A stretch of DNA of 48,153 nt from NCBI RefSeq assembly GCF_004010195.1, contig NC_057752.1, forward strand, positions 13,357,755-13,405,907, in the 5' to 3' direction. How positions within the stretch are numbered: position 1 is the first letter of the stretch; every line of letters begins with the position of its first letter. The notes beneath the pieces are model-generated. The model did not search any database. It worked only from the letters and a program-made list of their open reading frames with translations, and was not told the origin of the DNA. The position numbers and the translations under genes are program-made. Shown in pieces: positions 34,300 through 44,781 of this stretch. This DNA is from Chiloscyllium plagiosum. Lineage: Eukaryota.

Positions 34300-35790
34300 G
34301 GATTTACTCAGATTGTTAAAAATATGGATTTATTAGTGATAGGCAGCATGGCTTTTGAGAGGTCGTGTCTCACAAACCTGATGGAATTTTTTGAGGAAGT
34401 GACAAAGATGATTGATGAGGGCAGGGTGGTGGATGGACTTTAGCAAAGCCTTTGACAAGTTCCCTCATGGCAGGCTGATACAGAAGATGATGTCACATAG
34501 GATCTGCAGTGAGCTGGTAAATTGGACACAACTGGCTTGGCCATTGAAGACACAGAGTAGCGGTGGAAGGGTGTCTGTCTGACTGGAGATCTGTGACCAG
34601 TATAGTTCTGCAGGGATCAGTGCTGGGACCCCTGGTGTTTGTAATATGTAATATTACATATGTATATACAGAGGAACCTCGATTATCCAGCATTCGACTA
34701 TCCGAATATCAGATTATCCGGCAAGATCGCAAGGTCCCAGTGCTTGGCTAAACTGTGTTAGCCGGCATTTGATTATCCGAACATTCAATTATCTGAACAA
34801 AATACTCCCCACCCATGTCATTCAGATAATCGAGGCTCCTCCGTATAAATGAATTGGAAGATATAGGTGGCCTGATTAGTAAACTTGCGGATGACACAAA
34901 GGTTGGGGAGCTCTGGACAGTGAGGAGGATTACCAGGAAATACAGCAGGATAGAGATAGGCTGGAGACTTGGACGGAGAAATGGCAGATGGAGGTTAATC
35001 CCAATAAATGTGGCGTGATGCATTGTGGAAGGTCTCATGCAGGAGGGAAGTATACAGTAAATAGCAGAACCTTTAGTAGCATCAACATACAGAGAGCTCT
35101 CAGCGTATAGGTCAACTGTTCCCTCAAAGTGGCAACAAAAGTGGATAAGGTCAAGAAGGGGTATGGCATGCTAGCCTTCATCAGTCAGGGCGCAGAGTAT
35201 AAAAATTGGCCAGTTATATTGCAGCTGTATGGAACATTAGTTAGGCTACATTTGGAATATTGTGTCCAGTCCTGGTTGTCACACTCCCAGAAGGATGTGG
35301 AGGCTTTGGAGAGAATACAGAAACGGTTTGCCAGGATGTTACCTGGATTTAAGTGTACTAGCTATGAGGAGAGAGTGGACAGATTTGGTTTGTTTTCACT
35401 TTAACGTTGCAGGATGACCTGATAGCAGTTTACAAAACCATGAAAGGAATGGATAGACTGGGATATTTGGAGTCTTTTTCCCGGGGTAGAAATGTCAATT
35501 AAGAGGGGACATAGGTTTAAGGTAAAAGGGGATAAGTTGAAAGGAGATGTGAGGGGCAGGTTGTTTTTACACAGAGGGTGGTCAGGGCCTGGAAAATGCT
35601 GCCTGAGGAGGTGCTGGAGACAGATACAACAGCAACTTTTAATAGACAGGTACATGAATAGGCAGAGAATTGTGGGATACGCACTGTGTGGAGGCAAAAC
35701 ATTTTTAGTTTAGAACGGTGTCATGTGTCGGCACAGGCTTAATGGGCTGAAGCGCCTGTTCCTGAACTGTACCGTTCTATGTACCTTTGA
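34300..35790 (+). mobile_element. CR1 LINE RT to 3' end (~1.5 kb), hosting a MITE
   Basis: Remnants QHGF..RSC.TNL.EFFEEV, DFSKAFDK.PH, QGSVLGPL.F and KLADDTK. Confidence 0.92.
34669..34843. mobile_element. Tc1/mariner-pogo (Tigger-like) MITE, 175 bp, TA target duplication
   Basis: TA|CAGAGGAACCTCGATTATCC ... AGATAATCGAGGCTCCTCCG|TA (17/20 TIR match), with internal repeats of GATTATCCG. Confidence 0.85.
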
Positions 35791-36014
35791 TTTCCTCAGG
35801 GCTTCTCCTGCTCTGTCAGTGGCAGCTTGGCACAAATCGACAGGGTTTCCTGGCTGAACCCCTGCTTGAATGTATGGGAATAGAGTATCCGGAAACCCGG
35901 GAAAATACCCTCACCTTTTCTTCACCGATCTTGAATCCTGTAGGCTTTTGAGTTCAAATCATGTTCCCTTCCCAGCCCACATTGCTCTAAGCTAGTTTCC
36001 TCCCTGTTTTGTAG

Positions 36015-36128
36015 GAACTCTTGGCTCACGGAATTTCGAATACCATTTCCTCCCTATTCACCTGTTTTCCAAGTTCAGCTTCATTGGCTACGAGCAGTAT
36101 CCTAGAGAGTACGGGGAGCTCTACGCAG
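36015..36128 (+). CDS. slc26a10: SLC26A10-like exon 8 (ELLAHGISNTISSLFTCFPSSASLATSSILESTGSSTQ), TM9-TM10
   Basis: Acceptor ctgttttgtAG, donor CAG|GTAGGA, 114 nt, phase 0-0. Confidence 0.95.
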
Positions 36129-36569
36129 GTAGGATTATCATCCACACAGGAGTCCCACAGAGTTGGTACTTACAGATTGTTTGACTATATGGAAGGGCTA
36201 TAACCTTGGAAAAGGGATTTACTAGAATGGCACCAGGGATTTTGTTTTTTAATTCATTCATGGGACAAGGGCATCTCTGACTCGGCCCAGCATTTATTGC
36301 CCATCCCTAAATGCCCAGAGGGCAGTTGAGAGTCAACCACATTGTTGTGAGTCTGGAGTCACATGGAGGCCAGACCAGGTCAGGATGGCAGTTTCCTTTG
36401 CGAAAGGACATTAGTGAAGCAGATGGGTTTATCCAACAATGGTCATCTTTAGATTCTTAATTCCAGCAGGACTATTTTTTATTGAATTCAAATTCCACCA
36501 TGGTGGGATTTGAACTCAGGTCCCCAGAACATGATCTGGGTCCCTGGATTAACGGTCCATCGATGTCAA

Positions 36570-36925
36570 TGAAGTATTTTGAACCTGTCGATGTTGTAAT
36601 GTCAGAAACCCAGCAAGCTCCCACAAACAACAATGTGATAAATAGCCCGCAAGGCTCTTGCCTTGACATCACTCAGGGGATGGATATTGGCCGGGGTGCT
36701 TAGAGAGTTCTTCTGCTCCAAGTCAGATAGAACCCTGGGATCTCTTGCTTTCACCAGAGAGGGCAGACAGGGACTTGGTTAAGAGCTCCTTTGAAAGCCT
36801 GGACCTCCGGCAGTGAGGCACCCCCTCATTGGCTGTGGCAATCTAGATTTTGTGCTCCAACAGCTCTTTGGTGTGACTTGAAGCGATTAACTCAGGGGTG
36901 AGAGTGACGCCATTGAGCCAGTAAG
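36570..36925 (-). mobile_element. Deu-domain SINE, antisense, degraded
   Basis: Reverse-complement similarity to 1345-1715 (ATATTGGCC.GG...GAGAGGGCAGACAGGGACTTGGTTAA...GAAAG...ACCTCCGGCAGTG). Confidence 0.55.
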
Positions 36926-36983
36926 TTACCGCGAAGTTATCATGACTTGTACTCAATTCAATTCTACCATTCTGATTTTGCAG

Positions 36984-37061
36984 CTTGCTGGATTTTTCAC
37001 CTGTCTTGTTGTCTTGGTGGTGCTACTTTTGATTGGGCCACTGTTTTACTCTCTACCCAAG
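36984..37061 (+). CDS. slc26a10: SLC26A10-like exon 9 (LAGFFTCLVVLVVLLLIGPLFYSLPK)
   Basis: Read by hand. Acceptor attttgcAG, donor AAG|GTGAGC, 78 nt. Confidence 0.93.
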
Positions 37062-37137
37062 GTGAGCCATAGAAATCACGCTAAACTTTGATGGAGATGA
37101 TGTTGTAATGATAACTAGCTGATGGATGAGTCCTTTG

Positions 37138-38140
37138 TAGCGTACAGCATGGAAACAGACCCTTCAGTCCAACCAGTCCATGCTGACCGTAATCCCAAAC
37201 TAAACTAGTCCCACTTGCCTGCGCTTGGCCCATATCCCTCCAAACCTTTCCTATTCATGGACTTGTCAAATGCCTTTTAAATGTTGTAACTGTCCCCACG
37301 TCCACCACTTCCTGAGGAAGTTCATTCCACACATGAACCACTCTCTGTAAAAATATTGCTTCTCATGTCTTTTTTCAATCTTTCTCCTCTCAACTTAAAA
37401 ATATATTCCCAAATTTTGAAATCTCTCACCCTAGGGAAAAGACACCTGCCATTCACCTTATCCAGGTGATTTTATAAACCTCTATAAGGTCACCCCTCAA
37501 CCTCCAGTGAAAAATTGAAAAATGTCCCAGCCTCTCCAGCCTCTCTTAATAACTCAAACCCTCCATTCCCGGCAACATCCTTCTGAACCCTGTCCAGCTT
37601 AATAATATCCTTCCTGTAACAAGACGACCAGAACTGGACACAGTTCTCCAGAAGAGGCCTCACCAATGTCCTGTACAGCCTCAACATGACGTCCCAACTC
37701 CTACACTCAAAGGACTGAGCAATGAAGCTGAAAATGTGTTGCTGGAAAGGCGCAGCAGGTCAGGCAGCATCCAAGGAGCAGGAGAATCGACGTTTCGGAC
37801 ATGAGCCCTTCTTCAGGATTCCTGAAGAAGGGCTCATGCCCGAAACGTCGATTCTCCTGCCCCTTGGATGCTGCCTGACCTGCTGCGCCTTTCCAGCAAC
37901 ACATTTTTAGTTCTGATCTCCAGCATCTGCAGTCCTCACTTTCCCCTCGAAGACTGAGCAATGAAGGCAAGTGTGCTAAATGCCTTCTTAACCCCCCTGT
38001 CTTTTTCAAAGAATTACTTACCTGAACTCCTAGGTCTCTGTGTCCTACAACACTACCCAGGGTCCTGCCATAAATTGTGTAAGTCCTGCCCTTGTTTGTT
38101 TTACCAAAATGCAATACCTTGCATTTATCCAAATTAAACT
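37138..38140 (-). mobile_element. CR1 LINE 3' fragment, antisense, split by a Penelope-like hairpin
   Basis: ORFs MDKCKVLHFGKTNKGRTYT and [21 protein letters not shown]. Confidence 0.92.
37728..37951. mobile_element. Penelope-like hairpin insertion (family A) with two intact hammerhead cores and a 15-bp TSD
   Basis: Direct repeat GACTGAGCAATGAAG at 37713-37727 and 37952-37966. + core CTGAAGA at 37822-37828 with GAAACGTC; - core from 37816 to ~37788. Confidence 0.88.
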
Positions 38141-38616
38141 TTGGAAATGTGGGCTCAAATCCAAGTAGAGTTTAAAATCTTACATGGGAAGTAGGCATTG
38201 CTGGCAAGTCTGACATTTCTGCCAATCCCTAATTGCCCTTGAACTGAATGGCTCACTGAGCCATTTCAGGGAACAGTTAAGAGTCAACCACATTGACTGT
38301 GGGTCTGGAGTCACTTGTCGGCCCAGACTGGGTAAGGGTGGAAGATATCCTTCACTAGACGATACTAGTGGGCCATAAACTATTATAAATGTAAAGTTAT
38401 TGTAGGATCTGGACTAGGAAGCTAGTCTCACTAATCGTAACCATGATAACTATCACTGATTATTGTCAAAACCCATTTTGGTTCACGCATGTCCTTTGGG
38501 CCTACTCCTGCTCTGAACTTATCTGTTTCTGTAAATGGTAAGTATCATTTGCTTCTGACAGAGAGAGTAAGCAATGTTGAGGGGAGTTAATAAGAATAAA
38601 TTGCCCTGTTTTTCAG

Positions 38617-38712
38617 GCAGTTCTGGCCTGTATTAATGTCACCAGCCTGCGCCAGATGTTCCTCCAGTTCCAGGATCTACCAGAACTGTGGAGAGTGAGC
38701 AAAATGGACTTT
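38617..38712 (+). CDS. slc26a10: SLC26A10-like exon 10 (AVLACINVTSLRQMFLQFQDLPELWRVSKMDF)
   Basis: Read by hand. Acceptor ctgtttttcAG, donor TTT|GTAAGT, 96 nt. AVLACIN..S.RQ.F is characteristic of SLC26A10. Confidence 0.94.
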
Positions 38713-38834
38713 GTAAGTTGTTGAACCTGAGTTCTCTTTTATAACATTGCTCCCGTGACAGAGCCACTTTAAAAAGCCCAAGAACCACCTCGCAAACAAT
38801 CACCCATGATTGATCATTAGCCATCCCATTTGAG

Positions 38835-39470
38835 GCGTACAGGTCTACAGTTCCCTGACAGTGGCCACACAAGTGGATAAGATAGTCAAGAAGGCACATG
38901 GCATGCTTGTATATATCTATTGGGGCATAGAGTATAAACATTGGCAAATCACGATGCAGCTGTACAGAACTTCAGTTTGGAACAGTTCTGGTCGCCACAC
39001 TCCGAGAAGGACATGGAGGCTTTGGAGAGGGTACAGAACTGGTTTACTGGAATGTTGCCTGATTTGGAGGGTATTGGCTATGAGGATAAAAGCTTGGTTT
39101 GAATATCAAAGGATGAGGGGCGACCTCACAGAAGTTCCCAAAATCATGTGAGGCATGGATAACCTTTTTCCCAGGGTAGAAATGTCAATTACTCAGGGAC
39201 ATAGGTTTAAGGTAAAAGGGGATAAACTTAAAGGAGATGTGAAAGGCCAGTGTTTTTACACAGAGGCTGGCAAGTGTCTGGAATTCGCTGCCAGAGGAGG
39301 TGATGGAGACAGCTATAATAGCAATGTTTAAGAGGCCTCTTGACAGATACACGAACAGGCAGGGAATAGAGGGATATGGACCGCGTAGAGGAAGAAGGTC
39401 TTTAGTTCAGAAAGGTGTCACGTGTTGGCGCAGGGGGCCTGTGTTCCTGTGCTGTGCTGCTCTTTATTCT
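38835..39470 (+). mobile_element. CR1 LINE 3' fragment
   Basis: ATQVDKIVKKAHGML..I..GIEYK; closely similar to 35110-35790. Confidence 0.88.
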
Positions 39471-39687
39471 TTGAGCCTGATGGCACAGTGGTAGTGTCCC
39501 TACCTTAGGCCCTAGTTCAAAATCCCACCTGCTGCGAATACGCATCATAATATTTCTGAGCACGTTGATTAAAATAATGAGGTTCGGGCCTGTAAACTTT
39601 CTTTGCTGTACTGTCCTGTGCCTACACAAAGTCTTCATCACGGTCCCTGTATGCACTCTGACAACCATTTGCCTTGTCCTTTTGCAG

Positions 39688-39794
39688 ACAGTCTGGGTGG
39701 TCACATGGCTGGCTGTAATCACACTGAATGCGGACCTCGGCCTAGCTGTGGGCGTGACGTTTTCCATGATGACCGTGATTTGCCGCACTCAAAG
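39688..39794 (+). CDS. slc26a10: SLC26A10-like exon 11 (TVWVVTWLAVITLNADLGLAVGVTFSMMTVICRTQ-R), TM13-14; the gene continues beyond this exon
   Basis: Acceptor gtccttttgcAG, donor AAAG|GTACCG, 107 nt, phase 0-2. Ends in the RTQ motif that precedes the STAS domain. Confidence 0.94.
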
Positions 39795-39951
39795 GTACCG
39801 TCGCCTGTTATTGAGGCAGAATTAGTGCCCACGACTTCACTCCCGAACCAAAGCTGACCCCCTCAGGGGGTCCCCACTGGTTCAACTCTTAAAAAATCTG
39901 TTGTTTAATGGAAGGGTACATTAGCTGAATGTGCCATGGCTATACCCAAAA

Positions 39952-40175
39952 GAGGAGAAAGTGAGGACTGCAGATGCTGGAGATCAGAGCTGAAAATGTG
40001 TTGCTGGAAAAGCGCAGCAGGTCAGGCAGCATCCAAGGAGCAGGAGAATCGACGTTTTGGGCATAAGCCCTTCTTCAGGAATGAGGAGGGTGGGCCAAGC
40101 AGACTAAGATAAAAGGTAGGGAGGAGGGACTTGGGGGAGGGGCGTTGGAAATGCAATAGGTGGAAGGAGGTCAAG
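39952..40175 (-). mobile_element. Penelope-like element terminal fragment (family A arm plus ~100 nt of extra body)
   Basis: Near-identical to 13487-13611, then continues into purine-rich sequence instead of inverting. The hammerhead GAAA is mutated to AAAA. Confidence 0.8.
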
Positions 40176-40348
40176 AGAGGGCATAGCTTGAAGAATCAGT
40201 ATGATGGCATGACCTCTGCCCTATTGTAGACCGAAAATCTGTTGCATATTTCATATCTCTCAGAGCTCTTCAGAGCCAACACAGGTTTTTGAAGTGGGCA
40301 AGAGGTGTAAATATCTGTGCAATTGTAAAATGACTGCACTTTTGCTGA

Positions 40349-40565
40349 GTTGACGGTGTGGTGCTGAAAAAGCACAGCATGTCAGGCAGCATCCAAGGTA
40401 GCAGGAGAATCAGGCATAAGTCCTTCATCAGGAATTAGCAGAAGAAGCGACGTTTCAGGCATAAGCCCTTCATAGGACTAGCCTGGGATGCTGCCTGAGC
40501 TGCCAGGTTTTTCCAGCACCACACTCTTACCTCTGATCTTCAGCATCTGCAGTCCTCACTTACTC
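40349..40565. mobile_element. Older, rearranged Penelope-like hairpin (family A-related)
   Basis: Degenerate arms flanked by CTGCACTTTTGCTGA (40334-40348) and CTGCACTTGCGCTGA (40566-40580), a probable decayed 15-bp TSD. Confidence 0.7.
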
Positions 40566-40794
40566 CTGCACTTGCGCTGATCCCAGCTCAGCTTCCAAAA
40601 ACTTCTGTAACCACACTTTAGTCTGCTCAGAGTCCACACCCAGGCTGAACCAATCAAACATAGATCAGTTCCCAGACTCGCATTGTCAAAAGACAGAATG
40701 ATCAAACAATTGAATACTTAAAAAAACAATGAACTCAGGATAGAAACCGGCAATATGTTTGTGTTGTTTTATTATCTGCTAGGAGGCTTGTGAG

Positions 40795-41720
40795 AGGCAG
40801 AGATTTGTTTGTAGAGACCAGCAGGAGTCGGGGATTTGCGTCGAGAGACCAGCAGGAGTTAGGGATTTCTGTCTGGAGACATGCAGGAGTAAGGGGTTTG
40901 TTTGTGGAGACCAGCAGGAGTAAGGGATTTGTTTGTGGAGACCAGCAGGAGTTGGGGATTTGCTTGTGGAGACCAGCAGGAGTTGGGGACTTCTGTGTGG
41001 AGATCAGCAGGAGTCAGGGATTTGTTTATGGGGACCAGCAGGAGTCAGAGATTTGTTTGTGGGGACCAGCAGGAGTCAGAGATTTGTTTGTGGAGACCAG
41101 CAGGAGTTGGGGATTTGTGTCTGGAGACTAGCAGGATTAGATTAGATTAGATTACTTACAGTGTGGAAACAGGCCCTTCGGCCCAACAAGTCCACACCGA
41201 CCCTCCAAAGAGCAACCCACCCAGATCCATTCCCCTACATTTCACCCATTCACCTAACACTACGGGCAATTTAGCATGGCCAATTCACCTAACCTGCACA
41301 TTTTTGGACTGTGGAAGGAAACCGGAGCACCTGGAGGAAACCCACGCAGACACGGGGAGAATGTGCAAACTCCAGTCAGTCGCCTGAGGTGGGAATTGAA
41401 CGCGGGTCTCTGGCGCTGTGAGGCAACAGTGCTAACCACTGTGCCACCGTGCCGCCCAATTGTTTGTGGAGACCAGCAGGAGTTGGGGATTTGTTTGTGG
41501 GGACTAGCAGGAGACAGGAATGTATGTCTGGAGACCAGCAGGAGTCAGGGATTTGTGTGTGGAGACCAGCAGAAATCAGGGATTTGTGTCTGGAGACCAG
41601 CAGGAATCGGGGATTTGTTTGTGGGGACCAACATGAGTTGGGGATTTCTTTGTGGAGACCAGCAGAAACCAAGTGTTTTTACCTGGAGACCAGCAGAAGT
41701 CAGGGTCCTGTGTCTGGAGC
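40795..41720. repeat. 31-bp minisatellite (GGAGACCAGCAGGAGTTGGGGATTTGTTTGT), ~19 copies, split by a SINE
   Basis: Period 31 (GGAGACC at 40937 and 40968). Confidence 0.92.
41135..41457 (-). mobile_element. Full-length, young HE1-type tRNA-derived V-SINE
   Basis: - strand GGGCGGCACGGTGGCACAGTGGTTAGC (A box), GTTCAATTCC (B box), CR1-like tail GGGCCGAAGGGCCTGTTTCC, then (TCTAA)n. Confidence 0.9.
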
Positions 41721-42419
41721 CCTAATGAATAATAAGCATGCTTCAGTTGTGTATAACTGCATTTCTGTGCTGCAATTAGGGACGGGTATCTTAAAAAATC
41801 TTTGAGGCAACTGCATTCCCAGGGAAGTGTTAATTGGTTTCATCTGGTGTCCAGTTGTAATTCAAAAGAGCATTATCCCCCTCTACTGTCCAAATTTTCA
41901 AATAACAGTTGCCAGTCATGGACAAATGGCACTTTGTTTCGCCCTCCATGGGGTGCAGGGGAGTTATCATCTCATGCCGACTTGGGCCCTGGAGGCATTG
42001 AGCACTTCCGATGTGTTTTCCAATTTGGACTTGCAGTGAAAAAGAGACGGGACTTTGTGTTGTGATTTTTGAAAGCAGTATGTTGAAAATTAAGATCAGC
42101 CAAATAGTGTAGAGCACTCCTTATTTTGCATTGTGTGGTTTAAAAGATTTGTCTTTTAATCAAATCTTTGTTTTGGTTGAGAAACAATGCTTATGACGAG
42201 ATTTGATAGTTGGCCATTTCATGTCATTTTTGTCAATATAACAGGGGAACATTTAGCAGCATTTATTCACTGCCACTTATTTTCTGTCTGATTTCACACA
42301 TTGGAAATGATATTTTGAGTGTTACTCACAAGATCTACGGATCTCCAAAATGTTCTCAGTGGAATTATCGGGATATGCACCACAGACAAGATTCTTGGAT
42401 CCATTAAGGTTGATCTCAG

Positions 42420-44060
42420 GAACACAGAAACAGGAGTAGGCCATTCAGCCTGTTGAGCTCGCTCTACCATTTAGTACGATCATGGCTGATCAAACACCTC
42501 AGCACCTTTTACTCATGTTATCGTCAACCTCACCATTGTCTGAGTAAAACAACTCGCCTCTTCTCAGCCTGGAAGGGCATCCCCCTTATTTTTAAGTTGT
42601 ACCCCTGGTCCCAGCTTGACCAACTTGGACGAACGGCTTACCTCCATCTACTTTATCGATTTTAATGAGACCAGCTCTCATTTTCTAATACACTAGAGAA
42701 TATAAGCTCAGTTTTGCCCAATATCCCAGCATGGGATGGTCCCACCATTCTGGGAACGAGTCAATTGAAACTCAATCGTTATTTCCCTGAGATATGGAGA
42801 CCAGAGCTGCACTCAATACTCCAGCTGCAGTCTAACCAAGCTCCTGTAAAATTAAAGCAAGATTTCACTGCTCCTGTACTCAAACCCTCTGACAATAAAG
42901 GCTGACATTACATTCACCTTCCCAATAGCTTGCTGCACCTGAATGTTGATCTTCAGTGACTTATTAGCAAGGACACCTAGGTCCCTTTATACATTTACAC
43001 TTTCCAAAATCTTACCATTTAAGGAATACTTCTGAACACCTTTTCCCACATCATATTCCATCTGCCATGTTCTCGTCCATTCAAAGAGTCTGTCCAAATC
43101 CTCCTGAAAACAGTTGACATCTTCCTTGGAACACAGTCTTGCTCACCTACAGATTTGGAAACATTGCAAGTGGTCGCCACACCCATACCATTGATCTATA
43201 TTGTGAACAACTAGGGTCCAAGTACTGACCCCTGCGGTACCCCACTGTCACAGACTGTCAACGTGAGAATGGCCCACACTCTGTCTCTGTTAACCAATCA
43301 TTAATCCATGGATATTACCTCCTATCCTGAGCAATTTAATATTCTTAAACAAGTTGTCCAGGACATTGGTGAGGCCACTTTTAGAATAATATGTCCCATT
43401 CTGGTCACCCTGCTAAAGGAAGGATGTTGTGAAACTTGACAGGGTTCATACAGATTTACAAGGATGTTGCCAGGGATGGAGGGTTTGAGCTATAGGGAGA
43501 GGCTGAACAGGCTGGGGCTGTTTTCCCTGGGGCATCGAGGCTGAGGGGTGACCCTATAGAGGTTTATAAAATCATGAGGGGCATGGACAGGGTGAATAGA
43601 CAAGGTCTTTTCCCCAGAGTAGAGGAGTCCAGAACTAGGGGGCATAGGTTTAGGGTGAGAGGGTAAGATATATAAAAGGGACCTAAGGAGCAACTTTTTC
43701 ACCCAGAGGGTGGTGCGTGTATGGAATGAGCTGCCAGCTGTGGAGGCTGGTACAATTACAATGTTTAAAATGCATCTGGAAGGGTTTAGAGGGAAATGAG
43801 CCAAGTGCTGTCAAATGGGACTAGACTAGGTTGGGATATCTGCTCAGCATAGACAAGTTAGACCGAAGGGTCAGTTTCTGTGCTGTTCAACTCTCTGACT
43901 CTAACCTGCTGTGGGGAACCTTATCACAAAACGTCTGAAAATCTGAATATAGTGCATTCGTCGCCTCTCCTTTGTCAATTTTCTTCGTAACATTGTCAGA
44001 AAATTCCAACAGGTGTGCCAAGCACGATTTTGCATTCCTAAACACACACTGACCCTGCCT
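42420..44060 (-). mobile_element. Old antisense CR1 with a nested sense CR1 3' fragment (~43356-43902)
   Basis: Antisense GVPQGSVLGP remnant at ~43215-43245. The nested copy has CTGTTTTCCCTG...GGAATGAGCTGCCA. Confidence 0.75.
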
Positions 44061-44781
44061 CATCGGTTTATTATTTCCAAGTTCAGATCCTTTGTGATAA
44101 ATTCTAAATATGAGACACTTGGAACAAATATAAAGCCAACCACATTTTCCTGCACCTTTTCAGTGCCATGGCTTTGACTATTCACCCAGCTTTCTCTCTC
44201 TAACGTAAATGTTCCCTTAAACAATGCACACCAATAATTTTTAATGTTTTGGAACTTTCCTCTTCTGTGATTTAGCAACTGAAAAAAAACTGAGCGAGAA
44301 AACTATTCTGATGTGACCAAAGACACATTGTTGAAATAAAGATAATTTTTTTTTCCCAAAGCATTCCCTGCCGGTCTGCTATAATGGGAAGGAAGGAACA
44401 GGGAAAAGTTATCCAGGTCTCCTTGGTCATTGCAAAAGACCACGGCTGATCTGGAGCGTCGCTCTCTGGCCCGGCCTCAGTCTGCAACCCGAAGCGAATC
44501 GATTGAACCCCCCCTTGACCCATTCAGAGCAGCATTTTTGCAGGAGAAAGGTCCAGATGCTCATTGCCCTTTGTTGTCACCCCTGAACCACCTCATTGTA
44601 AGGTTAGGACCCCATTGTTCGAGACTCCTCAACCAGATGAAATGAGAGAGACCTGATCAAGAGGTTTCTTTTCTCATCCACAGAGCAGTGGTGATTTGGA
44701 ATTCACTGCCTGAAACGGATGATTGAGACATACGTCCTCACCACGTTTAAATAAAAACACTTGGAGACTGAGGCCATGGAG

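Noticed and set aside
32222..35790. Active LINE reverse transcriptase gene
   Set aside because: The fragments are 5'-truncated and contain stops, frameshifts and nested insertions.
38611..39692. Tandem acceptors CAG-GCAG (exon 10) and CAG-ACAG (exon 11)
   Set aside because: The distal AGs are 4 nt downstream and would frameshift. The proximal AGs give the conserved 96- and 107-nt exons.
7267..39794. Alternative identity as prestin (slc26a5), pendrin or slc26a6
   Set aside because: It lacks SLSRS and has the SLC26A10-type motifs SLMTGS.VERLVP, MFVLQLG.LST, AHG.SN..SSLF.CFP and AVLACIN. A phylogeny would be decisive.
41390..41457. tRNA gene (A and B boxes); similar heads at ~3025-3085, ~24135-24200 and ~39480-39530
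   Set aside because: These are SINE heads without a complete cloverleaf. The 41390-41457 head continues into a SINE body and LINE-like tail.
1..41720. CRISPR-like appearance of the 31-, 36- and 57-bp repeats
   Set aside because: Units are head-to-tail with no unique spacers, there are no cas genes, and the context is eukaryotic with introns.
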